A stretch of 64,000 nucleotides of DNA from a virus (IMGVR_UViG_3300021356_000011:10606-74605); one strand, 5' to 3'; numbered from the stretch's first letter, positions 9,894-19,254 are shown. The notes: generated by a model not told the origin, from the sequence alone. Made by a program: numbers and translations.

Positions 9894-10145
9894 TCACAGC
9901 CCCTCCCTTGCGACATTCGCCGCTGGCACAAAGCGAGCATGACCTCCGTCTAATTTGAATTTCCCGACGAAAAAATCATCTTCAAAGTAAAGCAAGGAAC
10001 CAACTGGAGTCTGCTTAGGTTCTATTCCCGCTTCTCTCCTTTTTTTTCGTTCCTCAACTATCCCTTCTAACTCTTTAAGCAGGCTTGCCATTCCCTGCAA
10101 GTCTTCGTAGCTGAGAGAAAACTCCTCTTTATTTTTTTTTGCCAT
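9894..10145 (-). CDS. Hypothetical protein
   Basis: TAATG coupling with the upstream gene. Confidence 0.55.
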   Translation of the reverse strand: MAKKNKEEFSLSYEDLQGMASLLKELEGIVEERKKRREAGIEPKQTPVGSLLYFEDDFFVGKFKLDGGHARFVPAANVAREGL

Positions 10146-10393
10146 TACATCGTATCTCCAAATTCGCGGTACAACTGATCCACTGCTGCGGCATCTTCCT
10201 TCAGCATCTGCTCGTCGTAATCGATGCCTTGGTCATCGTAGACTCGTCGCATCATATCCTCGGTGGATTCTCCACTACTGCTCGGTGCGTAGGTTGGTGC
10301 TGAACCACCACCTGCACAACCAAAGAAGATGATCCCCGCAACCAAGAAGATTGCAATCAACAGGTAAGCTTTGATTTGATCTTGTCTTGTCAT
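10145..10393 (-). CDS. Putative small lipoprotein/membrane protein
   Basis: Hydrophobic N-terminal stretch ending in FFGC, then a Ser/Gly linker. Confidence 0.55.
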   Translation of the reverse strand: MTRQDQIKAYLLIAIFLVAGIIFFGCAGGGSAPTYAPSSSGESTEDMMRRVYDDQGIDYDEQMLKEDAAAVDQLYREFGDTM

Positions 10394-10395
10394 CG

Positions 10396-10803
10396 TTAGT
10401 TCCCTTCCGTATTAAGACTGCGTTCCAAGTAATCCATTGCATTGAATTCAACCAGGTCTTTGCGAGAGAGAGTGCTTAAGATTCGTATCAACTCACTCTC
10501 TGTTTTCTGTAGATGGTTCACCTCCCTTTCCCAATGATGATGTCGCATTAATAAGTCTCGGTATTTCATCGCCAAGACTTCAACCTGTTGGTCATCAAAC
10601 TTGAACTTTCCGTATGTTCTTACTCGGTTGTCATTTCCTCGTTTGCCTGACTCGACTCTCGCAACCTTTGTCCTCTCACCACTCATAAACTTGTACCTCT
10701 GTGTCAATATGAAAGACAACGTAGCTTCCGCATTTAGGATCCGATGTTGGACGGCAACCTCTTTGGTCACCATTAATAAACTCATCCACTCTCCACATGA
10801 CAC
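10396..10803 (-). CDS. Hypothetical protein
   Basis: ORF in the operon; start uncertain. Confidence 0.5.
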   Translation of the reverse strand: MSCGEWMSLLMVTKEVAVQHRILNAEATLSFILTQRYKFMSGERTKVARVESGKRGNDNRVRTYGKFKFDDQQVEVLAMKYRDLLMRHHHWEREVNHLQKTESELIRILSTLSRKDLVEFNAMDYLERSLNTEGN

Positions 10804-10862
10804 CTCCGTGAAAGAATGTGTCGCCTCCTGCTAACTCATAAATCGGCTTCATGTAAAACCCC

Positions 10863-11231
10863 CTACCACCAACTGGTGTAAATGATTTCGTATCCGTTGT
10901 GAATTTGATTGCGTGCTGTGTCGATAAATTCTAGATCGTGATCGAAGTAATACTCGTCTGAATTGCCTCCGAAGAAAAACCCTTGTGTCTCTGGCATTGC
11001 CCCACCCTTGACAGCAACCTCCAGGTCTTGCAGGTCTTCGTCGCTGAGTTCAACGACGGCGCAATTGAAGTCTCCTTCATTTCCGCGATCTCGCCATAGG
11101 CTTTCCATGTAACCTTGGAGATTCGGGTGCTTCCTCCAGTAACCGATCTCCGTCTTGTCTTCCCAGTTCACGTTACCATCTTCATCGATGTACCTGCCAG
11201 TTACGGCATATGCATATTGATCTAATCCCAT
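10863..11231 (-). CDS. Conserved phage early protein (MGLDQY...YWRKH...W family)
   Basis: Recognisable MGLDxY / YWRKHxxL / C-terminal YxSWW pattern common in phages; function unknown. Confidence 0.75.
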   Translation of the reverse strand: MGLDQYAYAVTGRYIDEDGNVNWEDKTEIGYWRKHPNLQGYMESLWRDRGNEGDFNCAVVELSDEDLQDLEVAVKGGAMPETQGFFFGGNSDEYYFDHDLEFIDTARNQIHNGYEIIYTSWW

Positions 11232-11389
11232 TACTCTTCCCTTCCTTTTTTCTCGCCGTCAGCGAATCCATCATCATAAGCGGCTTCAATTTGTGCTTGC
11301 ACAATGTTGCAAAGCATATCGACATAGACAGGATCGATGCCGTTTAACGCCTTAACGATGACGTTCCATTCCAGAATTGGATTCTTCAT
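11231..11389 (-). CDS. Small hypothetical protein (52 aa, not in ORF track)
   Basis: GGGAGGG RBS, MKNPILEW..., stop overlaps the next ATG (TAATG). Confidence 0.55.
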   Translation of the reverse strand: MKNPILEWNVIVKALNGIDPVYVDMLCNIVQAQIEAAYDDGFADGEKKGREE

Positions 11390-11423
11390 AGAAACCCTCC
11401 CAAGGTTTATGGTGAATGATCAT

Positions 11424-11576
11424 CAGTTGCCCCCGTCCAACCACCACAGTGGACGAGGGCGAAGTGGCAACCACTCAGATTAAACTGGATGTAACCCGAT
11501 CAGCTTTGTGGAGTCAGAAAACCTGCATGAATATGGAAAATGCAGGAGAGGATCAACTCCAGCCAATAGCTGCCAC
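11424..11576 (-). ncRNA. Candidate structured small RNA with a CUGUGGUGGU loop
   Basis: 185-nt intergenic gap with several hairpins. The 11-bp stem at 11429-11460 needs a G.U pair that forms only on the minus strand. Further inverted repeats at 11463-11475 and 11522-11546. Confidence 0.55.
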
Positions 11577-12469
11577 TACATTGAAAGTATCAACTCCTCG
11601 GCTCGCTGAACCGTAGAGTCCTCCAGGACACTCACAGAGCGATTAAACTCTTTCTGTTCACTGGTCATACCCTTCTCGCCATTACGAGTAACATCGTGTT
11701 GTCGGTAACCTTGGATCGCATTGAAAGCCATCCACCCAGTCGTCACAGGGTTAGCTAGGCTTGGCGTCTCTAGGTTAAGCTTGTGCGACTCACGCATAAC
11801 ACGCGACCAGATAGCGCTGATCTTGTCGTTGTGCTTAGTGGTGGATTGCTTGGCTTCACTCTTTGGTGCTGGGTAGATCTCTGCCAGCAAGTGCTTGAGG
11901 TTGATACGCTTTGCATGCATGTTGCGACAATGGTCAACCACTTCGTCCCACTTGGCGACGATATCATAGAACTGGTCCTGGATCGTAGCGATCCTGGTCT
12001 CCAGGCTTTTGGTGTGTTTGATGCTGAAGTTGATTTCGCTTGAGTTGCGAACCATCATGAGATTACTGCATGCGTCACGCTGCAATGGCAATCGACCTCT
12101 TGCAGGTAAGCCGCCAAGACCAAACCACAAGTCAAGTTGAGGCCAAACAGAATCGCCCTTAACGATCTCGCGACGGTATTTGTCGTCTGGACGAATGCGA
12201 ACGTAATGACCTTCTTTCCATCGTGCTTTCACTTTTGGATTATGAAACCCAGGTAAGCCAAGAACAGATTTAATGATAGGACGCAAGTGATGGAGTTGAT
12301 GTGGGATGTATCGCTCAGTCACTGAGCCTCTCCCGACTGGCTTACCAGTCTCGGTGAATAGACCATAGTAACCGGTCTCCTCGCCGTTTGGACCGAATAG
12401 AGGTTGCTTGATAATGTGACGGGGAAACTTGTCGAGTTGTGATTCGATTGCGATTGGTAGAACTGTCAT
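11576..12469 (-). CDS. DUF932/DUF945-family phage protein
   Basis: Y.P.Q, RxxCSNxM, IKHT and W.AFNA...Y..H motifs. Confidence 0.75.
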   Translation of the reverse strand: MTVLPIAIESQLDKFPRHIIKQPLFGPNGEETGYYGLFTETGKPVGRGSVTERYIPHQLHHLRPIIKSVLGLPGFHNPKVKARWKEGHYVRIRPDDKYRREIVKGDSVWPQLDLWFGLGGLPARGRLPLQRDACSNLMMVRNSSEINFSIKHTKSLETRIATIQDQFYDIVAKWDEVVDHCRNMHAKRINLKHLLAEIYPAPKSEAKQSTTKHNDKISAIWSRVMRESHKLNLETPSLANPVTTGWMAFNAIQGYRQHDVTRNGEKGMTSEQKEFNRSVSVLEDSTVQRAEELILSM

Positions 12470-12548
12470 GGTGGTACTTCCTTTTGGTGAATGTGAATGA
12501 GAATGATGGGCAGTTTGGCAACATGCCCAGGTTGCGGAATGGATATCC

Positions 12549-12974
12549 CTAGTTTGCTGCCAGTGCTTTTTCTAGGCACTTGCTGCACTTAGCCCCTGAT
12601 TGGGCTCCACTGTTGTGGTACTGAACGAACACTTGGTTGTTGCAACCCTCCGCTCTGCAACTACCCTTCTTGATTGTGACCATGGGACTCGTGTTTGGTC
12701 GATGACTCCCGAAATTGCCGTAGTAGCATTCAGTCGTCGATGACAAGCAGACCTTGTCGGTAAGATCACCTTGCAGACACATACAAGCCCATTTGTAAGC
12801 TTGCGTCCAGGTCTCAAACATCTTTCGACCTTCGATGACCTCAAGCTTGAATCCGTCCATCAGAATCCCATTAGGGAAATTCTCGTCGTACTCTGCTTGG
12901 CTACTGAATGAATAGCATATCCAAGGAGTATTAGCCTGAGTGTCAATGACATTCCAAGTCTTCTGCGCCTTCAT
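12549..12974 (-). CDS. Hypothetical early protein with C-terminal Cys cluster
   Basis: GGGAGGG RBS before ATG 12974; ACCACCAC box at 13002. Confidence 0.6.
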   Translation of the reverse strand: MKAQKTWNVIDTQANTPWICYSFSSQAEYDENFPNGILMDGFKLEVIEGRKMFETWTQAYKWACMCLQGDLTDKVCLSSTTECYYGNFGSHRPNTSPMVTIKKGSCRAEGCNNQVFVQYHNSGAQSGAKCSKCLEKALAAN

Positions 12975-13042
12975 GTTGTTGCCCTCCCGAGGCATAAGAA
13001 AGTGGTGGTTGTCACTCAATTTAGATGAGCGACTGGTAAAAC

Positions 13043-13381
13043 TTAACGACTCTGGTTTTCAGGATCAATACCGATTGAATCAAAATTTAAAGAATCGTGT
13101 TTTTCGTTTAGCTCTTTTGCAAATCCGATGTAATCAAAGCCGTCTGGCCCCAGGTACTTAAGACTCATCGGTTGCGAATCAAGAAACCTTGAATAGTCTT
13201 CGACCTTTGTCTCTTTTTCTGACTCTTTTTTGATCTCTTGTTGTGGCTCTTCCTCCGCTTTGCCTGAATAAATCAATACCGATGCGGCAATCAGGTCGTT
13301 CTGAATCTGCTCTGGGATTCCTGGCATGCTGCTGTAACCGTGGATCCTCTCCGCCAACTGTTTACGTTCACTCTCGTCCAT
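13043..13381 (-). CDS. Hypothetical early protein
   Basis: AAGGA upstream of ATG 13381; start uncertain. Confidence 0.5.
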   Translation of the reverse strand: MDESERKQLAERIHGYSSMPGIPEQIQNDLIAASVLIYSGKAEEEPQQEIKKESEKETKVEDYSRFLDSQPMSLKYLGPDGFDYIGFAKELNEKHDSLNFDSIGIDPENQSR

Positions 13382-13462
13382 GTCATCAATCCTTATCAAC
13401 TTGGTGATCTTTTTGTACAACAATATGAGTATATCTCATCCTTGTAATTGAATTGCGAGCGA

Positions 13463-13702
13463 TCAACGGTCCAGCAGATCGTTGAAATCTTCCTCAATCG
13501 CTTCTCTCCAACTCTCACCATACTTTTTGACCAGACTGTTCACGATGTCATCGAGTGCCTCGTCCAGATCGAATGGACAATCGAATTCTGGAACCGCATC
13601 GATTAACTCTACCATTTCGTCGATGCTCCACTCTCGTTGAGGCTCTTCTCCGGCTCTCCATGCTGCCTCTGAACCTGGACAGCGTCCTTCCCATTGAATC
13701 AT
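13463..13702 (-). CDS. Hypothetical acidic early protein
   Basis: ATGA coupling with 13699..14028. Confidence 0.55.
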   Translation of the reverse strand: MIQWEGRCPGSEAAWRAGEEPQREWSIDEMVELIDAVPEFDCPFDLDEALDDIVNSLVKKYGESWREAIEEDFNDLLDR

Positions 13703-14028
13703 CCTGCCAACTCCCAATTAATGGTTTCGATATCGAAAAATGCCCACCTACTTGTGACCTTCTCATTCACCTCTTGGCGAATCGTTGCGTGTAGACCATG
13801 GTGGGTGGTGTATGTCATCTCTATCGGGTGTGTCTTCTGCTTGAGTTTAACGAAAATCCTGACCTTCTGCCCTAGTCTTTGTGCCTGGTTATCTTCCAAG
13901 AGCAGATTCTTGATCTGCCTACGCAGGTTCTTTTTGTACTCCTGAATACAGAAATGGCAGATCGCCATATCGAATAGTCTGAACTGTGTCCTATCGCCGC
14001 ACTGCGTGCATGGTTTCGTCGTCGTCAT
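13699..14028 (-). CDS. Hypothetical Zn-finger early protein
   Basis: CxxC...CxxC N-terminus; GGAG RBS. Confidence 0.6.
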   Translation of the reverse strand: MTTTKPCTQCGDRTQFRLFDMAICHFCIQEYKKNLRRQIKNLLLEDNQAQRLGQKVRIFVKLKQKTHPIEMTYTTHHGLHATIRQEVNEKVTSRWAFFDIETINWELAG

Positions 14029-14103
14029 TGCGTGGAATCTCCATAAGTGAAAGCAAAGAAAACAACCAGCAAGGTTTCCCCTGCCGGCTGTCCTGGCGTC
14101 GTC

Positions 14104-14520
14104 CTATTCGCCTCTACAAACTGGGCCAATCCCTAATCTAATCGATTCGGGGTCGGTTAGTTTTCGATTGCATACGATGCATCGACCCTCGACCTGGAAC
14201 TCAATTCCTTTTGCGTGGAATCTGCTAGGGTCTTCAATCATCCTCGCGATTTTCTCCAGCGCCGTGCCTCGGTGCCTGCTCCATACGGCGATTCTGCCGC
14301 CATCCTTGACAAACCCGAAGCCTCTGAAGTCGGTTTCGTTGCATGGTCCAGATAGGATTGAAATAATCCGTTCACCTGGGGCGAATTTTGCATCGTCTTT
14401 CTGCGTCTTGATTTTTACGGTGCGGTGCTGACCCGTCTCCGGATTGGTCATCGTCACACACCCGTTGTGTGTGGACAAATCAAAGTCATCGATGCTGGTT
14501 TCCAGTTCTGCGGTTGCCAT
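14104..14520 (-). CDS. DUF6011-domain protein
   Basis: C-terminal GRCIVCNRKLTDPESIRLGIGPVC is the DUF6011 signature. Confidence 0.85.
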   Translation of the reverse strand: MATAELETSIDDFDLSTHNGCVTMTNPETGQHRTVKIKTQKDDAKFAPGERIISILSGPCNETDFRGFGFVKDGGRIAVWSRHRGTALEKIARMIEDPSRFHAKGIEFQVEGRCIVCNRKLTDPESIRLGIGPVCRGE

Positions 14521-14609
14521 TGTCCTGGCTCCTCTTGTGGTGGTGGGAAGTGAAAACGAGGAGAGCAGGCGCTACCCTGCCCTGGCTCGGTGTCACTCAT
14601 CGCCATGAA

Positions 14610-14888
14610 TCACGCTAGTTTTTGCGGTTCACCAATCAATGCGAGCGTCTCATCGTACAGCGTCAAGTACCGATTCTTGTCTGTGCATGTGACCAAGCAG
14701 TCGCCTGAATCATAAAATCTCGTTCCCTTCACGCCATCAGTGACCAGTCGAACCGTCAATGGTGAAGTGTATTCCTTCCCATCGATGACTGTTACATGCT
14801 CAACGGTGAATTGAGGCGTCGCCTCGTCGCTACCGAATAAACCAGTGGCGTCCAGATTTCGAGTAAAACGGGTAACTTCAAAACTCAT
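14610..14888 (-). CDS. Hypothetical early protein
   Basis: Start moved to ATG 14888, which follows a (CAC)6 box and an AAAGGG RBS. Confidence 0.6.
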   Translation of the reverse strand: MSFEVTRFTRNLDATGLFGSDEATPQFTVEHVTVIDGKEYTSPLTVRLVTDGVKGTRFYDSGDCLVTCTDKNRYLTLYDETLALIGEPQKLA

Positions 14889-14925
14889 TGCAAACCCTTT
14901 CGTTGTGGTGGTGGTGGTGGTGTTT

Positions 14926-15216
14926 CTATTCAAAATCGAATTGTGCAAACCAATACCGAACGTCGCCTTCATCCGGCGTAATATCGTCCCCATCAGCGAA
15001 CCAATACTCACAAAATCCATCGAGCGTACATTCAAAATCACAATCCGGAGACGGGATTAACTCGGATTCAATTGACCATTCTCCATCCTCACGGCGTACT
15101 ACAGGATTCATCGGAATCACCGTATCGCACGACTGAAAATTGCGGGGATTAAAATGACGGCGGTTGTACTCTCTGGCGATTGAAATGACAGATTCAAAAG
15201 ACCCGCGCAAGATCAT
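14926..15216 (-). CDS. Hypothetical acidic early protein
   Basis: AGGAGG RBS plus ACCACCAC box. Confidence 0.6.
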   Translation of the reverse strand: MILRGSFESVISIAREYNRRHFNPRNFQSCDTVIPMNPVVRREDGEWSIESELIPSPDCDFECTLDGFCEYWFADGDDITPDEGDVRYWFAQFDFE

Positions 15217-15321
15217 AGCTAAGCCCTCCTAAGGCTATGTGGTGGTGAATACTGGCAACACTGCCAATCCTGTGGGGTTCCTGGCGTGGACCTGGAACCC
15301 TCAAGGACGAGCAGTGGTGGC

Positions 15322-16041
15322 CTAGTGTGCTGCAAAGAACACGTTACAGAGTCCACCGATGCAAGCGTTGCATGCGATCGTTTTCCTGCTGCCGGAGCAG
15401 GTAACCTCGTCGACTCCTCGCCTAAGCTTAGGACAGAATAAAAACTCCTCCCCCTCAATGCTCAGTTTTTTGGGGGCGTCGCTCATGCGTTTCTGACCTC
15501 GTTTTTTGGCTGGGTGGAATTCCTCAGCATTGTCCACCCAAGCGAATAGGGTGAAGCCTGCCGACCTGGCCTGCTCCATGTCATCGGCGTTGTGAATGCT
15601 GGCGTAGAGCGTGACATGCTCCCCCAACATGTCGACGATCCGAGGATCATATTCGTGGGTATAGGCCCACATTTCAGGAAGCTCAAAATCCAAGTCTAGC
15701 AGGCTCTCGATGGCCCAACGTATCGATTCCAGGTACTCCAGGTCGAGTGTGCCATCTTTTAGAAAATCACCGCGCTCGTGGAATCGTACTTTTTTCCCCT
15801 TGGCTGCTGCGGTGATGAGCATGGCGCGGATTACATTCCGCTCTGTGACCATTCCAGCGAGCCCATTTTTTCGGCTATGTGGAAATCGTGCCTCCGTTTT
15901 ATCGGCATAGCATCGGTGTTTCCCTGCGTCATCCCTGGATGGATGGAATTGGCAGGAGGTGGGGCAGGAATCGCCAACTGCGCGTGATGTCACGACTGCC
16001 TCGGTGCCGACTGCCGCGTTGCCGTTTTCTACATAATACAT
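15322..16041 (-). CDS. Gp88-like Cys-rich (Fe-S/radical-SAM-like) phage protein
   Basis: SCPxSC...CYA, RFHxxGDF, WAYTH, CP...TC...CxxC motifs. Confidence 0.7.
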   Translation of the reverse strand: MYYVENGNAAVGTEAVVTSRAVGDSCPTSCQFHPSRDDAGKHRCYADKTEARFPHSRKNGLAGMVTERNVIRAMLITAAAKGKKVRFHERGDFLKDGTLDLEYLESIRWAIESLLDLDFELPEMWAYTHEYDPRIVDMLGEHVTLYASIHNADDMEQARSAGFTLFAWVDNAEEFHPAKKRGQKRMSDAPKKLSIEGEEFLFCPKLRRGVDEVTCSGSRKTIACNACIGGLCNVFFAAH

Positions 16042-16141
16042 GGTTCTGATCCTCTAAAATGTGGTGGTGGTGTGCCTGGAACCCTCCCGGCATCCTGTCG
16101 GGCTCCCTGGCGGAAGCCCTCGAGGGCGACGGGGGTCGATA

Positions 16142-16375
16142 TTAATCCCGATTACCATATCGTTCGAGCCGCTCCTGAAAAGCCATTTTCTCGCCTTGCT
16201 TTGCCAGGTGGGCATCGATCCAATCGCGACATTCAAATACGTCAGATTTCCGACCTACTAACACTGGCCTACTGTCGATAATGTCGAGTTTTCCCATTCT
16301 GCGAATTAGGTTGAATCCTCGATATCGCCAGTGGTTAGGGGCTACTCTCTCGGGTTTGATTCGTTTTGTGGTCAT
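16142..16375 (-). CDS. Hypothetical early protein
   Basis: ACCACCAC box, AAAGG RBS, MTT start. Confidence 0.6.
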   Translation of the reverse strand: MTTKRIKPERVAPNHWRYRGFNLIRRMGKLDIIDSRPVLVGRKSDVFECRDWIDAHLAKQGEKMAFQERLERYGNRD

Positions 16376-16411
16376 GGTTTTTGCCTTTCGTGGTGGTGGT
16401 AGTGCCTTGAG

Positions 16412-16996
16412 CTATCGCTGGAAACGACCCAGGATCAGCTTCCTGGTATCTTCGGCGTCCTGCCTGTCATCGGTGTAATAGTCGGCATCTGGGTTCCTTT
16501 TCCCGTCCTGGTCATAGGCTTTGCAATGGAACTCGCCCCATTGGTTAGCGCGTTTGGGGATGGTGATTTTTACGGTGAGGCGAATGGGATCGATTGCCAT
16601 AGCTTCGGCTCTCATTTTGGTGGTAGTGGCTGCGACAATGTAGCCTGATTCGCTCACCACAAAATAAACCGATGGACGATCACGGTAGGCTACCGAAACA
16701 ACGCGACCATCGGCGGCGATATCGTAGGCGGCATTGTATTGGGCCAGTTTTAGGAACTCGAACCCATCAACGCGCCTTCCCACCAGGGAGCCTGCGACGC
16801 GATAAAATGCCTCTTGGCATTGATCGTAGGTGTAACCACATTCGCGTGCGTTGTCCTGAGCGTGGTAGGCATGTTCCAGGATGGAGCCCAATAAAAAACA
16901 CTCATATTTTGGATCTGGCTCGTCGAGTTGGTCGAATCCGGCGCTGATGTTGGCCTCGACAATTTCGGTGATGGTGGGGCGTTGTGTGGTGGTCAT
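16412..16996 (-). CDS. Hypothetical early protein
   Basis: Start moved to ATG 16996 (box plus AAAGGGA RBS, MTTT). Confidence 0.65.
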   Translation of the reverse strand: MTTTQRPTITEIVEANISAGFDQLDEPDPKYECFLLGSILEHAYHAQDNARECGYTYDQCQEAFYRVAGSLVGRRVDGFEFLKLAQYNAAYDIAADGRVVSVAYRDRPSVYFVVSESGYIVAATTTKMRAEAMAIDPIRLTVKITIPKRANQWGEFHCKAYDQDGKRNPDADYYTDDRQDAEDTRKLILGRFQR

Positions 16997-17028
16997 GGCT
17001 TTTTCCCTTTCGTGGTGGTGAATGTTGG

Positions 17029-17397
17029 CTATCGTCCTGGTTGGCGGATTTCGACGTTGATGAACTCCGGCAAATAAAGGCTGGACCATCGTTCGGCATC
17101 GATGTGATTATCTGCCCAGCGTACCGGCGAAACGGTAACGCCTGGTCGCTCCTCCCCGAAAATCAACTCAGCTAGAGGGTATCCGTTGGAGTCCTGGAAG
17201 CCGTCGAGATCCTTGCCGGATACAGCTGGGTGACAGTGATAGGTTTTCCCGTCGATCAATGCGACATCCAAGGCCCATTGGCTGCGATTTGGCTCCCAAA
17301 CCAGGAAAGTGCGATATCCGCCGATGGCATAGGGTGCGTGATAAACGGTGACGGTAGGAATGGCGTTGTTGTCGATTGTGCCGCGTGTGGTGGTCAT
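17029..17397 (-). CDS. Hypothetical early protein
   Basis: Start moved to ATG 17397 (box plus GAGAGGA RBS, MTTT). Confidence 0.6.
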   Translation of the reverse strand: MTTTRGTIDNNAIPTVTVYHAPYAIGGYRTFLVWEPNRSQWALDVALIDGKTYHCHPAVSGKDLDGFQDSNGYPLAELIFGEERPGVTVSPVRWADNHIDAERWSSLYLPEFINVEIRQPGR

Positions 17398-17485
17398 AGT
17401 TCTGATCCTCTCAAAATGTGGTGGTGCAATACAAATAAAACAAGCCAGGTCCAAGCCCCTCACAGGGGCTCGGTGCTGGGCTGTC

Positions 17486-18208
17486 TTACTCTGAATCTGC
17501 GAGTGCGATAATCTCGGTAAATGCGTGGCCTACCCTGGCGTTCTCGCCCCATTCTGAACTGTTCTCGTCATTGCTCAACCATTCCACCATTTCGGGGGTA
17601 TATTCGCGAGCGTTGCCAGAATTCAAAACTGCCTCAATCCAGGCGTTGGTATCGATGCTGCAATCACTCAACCAGCCGTCCCCGTCCCTGGGAATATCGA
17701 TCAAATCGTGGCCAGCCTCGCCGCCGTAGTATTGCGGCATGCAGCGATATACGTGCCCTGATTCCTCCTCGCGAACATAGGCGGCATCACCCAACCAGTA
17801 GCAGTCCTCGGTGTCCAGGATATCGGCTAGGCGGCACGTGGGATCGCTTGAGCAGCCTTGGCAAGCCTCCGAGTTAATCGTGTCTGCAATCTCGTCGAGA
17901 GATGGAACCATTTCGAGAGATTTCGATTTTGGCCCGAATCGATCCCATTCCTCCTCAGAGATGGGCTCCCTGGATACCTCATCGCAATACCAGCCAATCG
18001 TCCAGCCAAAAAACTCAGTATCGGCTAGCGAATTCCAACAGATAAAAAACCTCTCGTGGTCAATGGAAATACCGACGGGGTTGCTGTTGTGGATCCAGTC
18101 GGATTCGTCACAAGCATAAATCGTCCAGCCGAAATCGCGATCAAAATCGTTGCTGATGTTGCCGGTGTACTCGCTGCAAGCTTCGGCGTAGGTGGTGGTG
18201 GTGGTCAT
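17486..18208 (-). CDS. First gene of the leftward arm; very acidic hypothetical protein
   Basis: GAGGA RBS before ATG 18208; MTTTTT encoded by (ACC)5; Asp/Glu/Trp-rich. Confidence 0.65.
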   Translation of the reverse strand: MTTTTTYAEACSEYTGNISNDFDRDFGWTIYACDESDWIHNSNPVGISIDHERFFICWNSLADTEFFGWTIGWYCDEVSREPISEEEWDRFGPKSKSLEMVPSLDEIADTINSEACQGCSSDPTCRLADILDTEDCYWLGDAAYVREEESGHVYRCMPQYYGGEAGHDLIDIPRDGDGWLSDCSIDTNAWIEAVLNSGNAREYTPEMVEWLSNDENSSEWGENARVGHAFTEIIALADSE

Positions 18209-18470
18209 CGTGTCGTTCCTCGTTTTGAGAGAGAGAGAAAAGGTTGTCGCCGCCGAACCACTCGGGGCGTGCTGGTTTTTGCTGATCCAGCTCTGGCAGT
18301 ATCGGCAAGAGGAGAAAGAAGCGAACAAAAATTCCTGGCAAATTCCAGAAATACCTTGCAAACCCTTGCAAAATAACGACTTAAGGTCGTATGGGGTAAA
18401 CCCTAGGTTTTTTGGCGAATCGTCCCAAAAACTAAGTGTCCACCTACTGATTGGTGCCGATTTGGTGGCT

Positions 18471-18600
18471 CCTGGCGTCGACCTGGCGTCGGTGGCGTTG
18501 AATCTGGCACCCTCTCCCTGGCTCCTGGTGGCGCCCTGGTGTGTCGTTGTGGCTCCGGTGGCTCCGAAGCCGTCCAGGGCTGTCCTGGCGTGGTTCCTGG
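18471..18600. repeat. Cluster of eight CCWGG pentamers, including a CCTGGCGTCG direct repeat
   Basis: CCWGG at 18471, 18482, 18517, 18524, 18535, 18574, 18584 and 18596. Confidence 0.7.
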
Positions 18601-19254
18601 CTTCTGGCTTCAGCGTGCTTCGGTGGATTGTCTCACAGCTTCGATCAATCGACTCGCATGCATGGCTGCGGCGATGATGGCAGCGCAGGCGATCAGCCAG
18701 AGCAGCCGAGGCAGACGACGAAGGAGGAAGACGCCGCAGGCGAGGAGCAGGGACCAGAGGGAAAAGCCGGAGGGGATCGCGAGGGGCGAGACGGGGTGAC
18801 CCCCTACAGACACAAATCCATCTCTATCCATCTGTTCGTTTTCATATTTCACGGGGGGTACTCCTTCCTTGGGTTCCCATGTCTGAGTTATGAATTATTT
18901 GTAAAGTGTTGCATGGCTTAACTTTATGGGTTAAGGTGGTGTCATGCAAAACAGCACCTTGGGCAAGTGCGTGCTGTCTCAAAACTGATTCAACATGGAT
19001 CATAAAACTTCGAGATAGTTATTAATTGGCATGCTGGCAGTGCATCAACTGAAAGCGATACTGTTCAGCTACAATGCCGTTGATGCATTTGGGGAGGGGG
19101 CGAGAGCCTCTTCCCCTTTTTATTGCGCTAAACATAGCAAGGATCTGTGATATTGCTTGAAAAACCAGGGAAAAGGTGAGTTGGGGATGTTTTGAGAATT
19201 GCGCTAAGTATCGCAAGCGGTTGCGACTATTTGCGTAACATTGCAAGTCTTAGA

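Larger units (their letters stand above)
13002..17426 (-). promoter_or_regulatory. Dispersed ACCACCAC leader boxes upstream of early-gene RBSs
   Basis: GTGGTGGT on + strand at 13002, 14537, 14905, 15239, 16061, 16390, 17012 and 17418, each 14-27 nt upstream of a minus-strand start codon. Confidence 0.85.

Noticed and set aside
13002-18208. CRISPR array or Chi-site cluster explaining the GTGGTGG repeats
   Set aside because: Repeats are short and separated by whole genes. Their fixed position relative to start codons argues for an mRNA-level role, although a secondary Chi-like role cannot be excluded.
14610-18361. Longer N-termini given by the ORF track for early genes
   Set aside because: The extensions run through leader boxes and upstream genes; internal ATGs have clear RBSs.
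18192-18921. Several overlapping ORFs in the GC-rich control region
   Set aside because: Low-complexity translations in multiple frames with no RBS or coherent composition; more likely non-coding.
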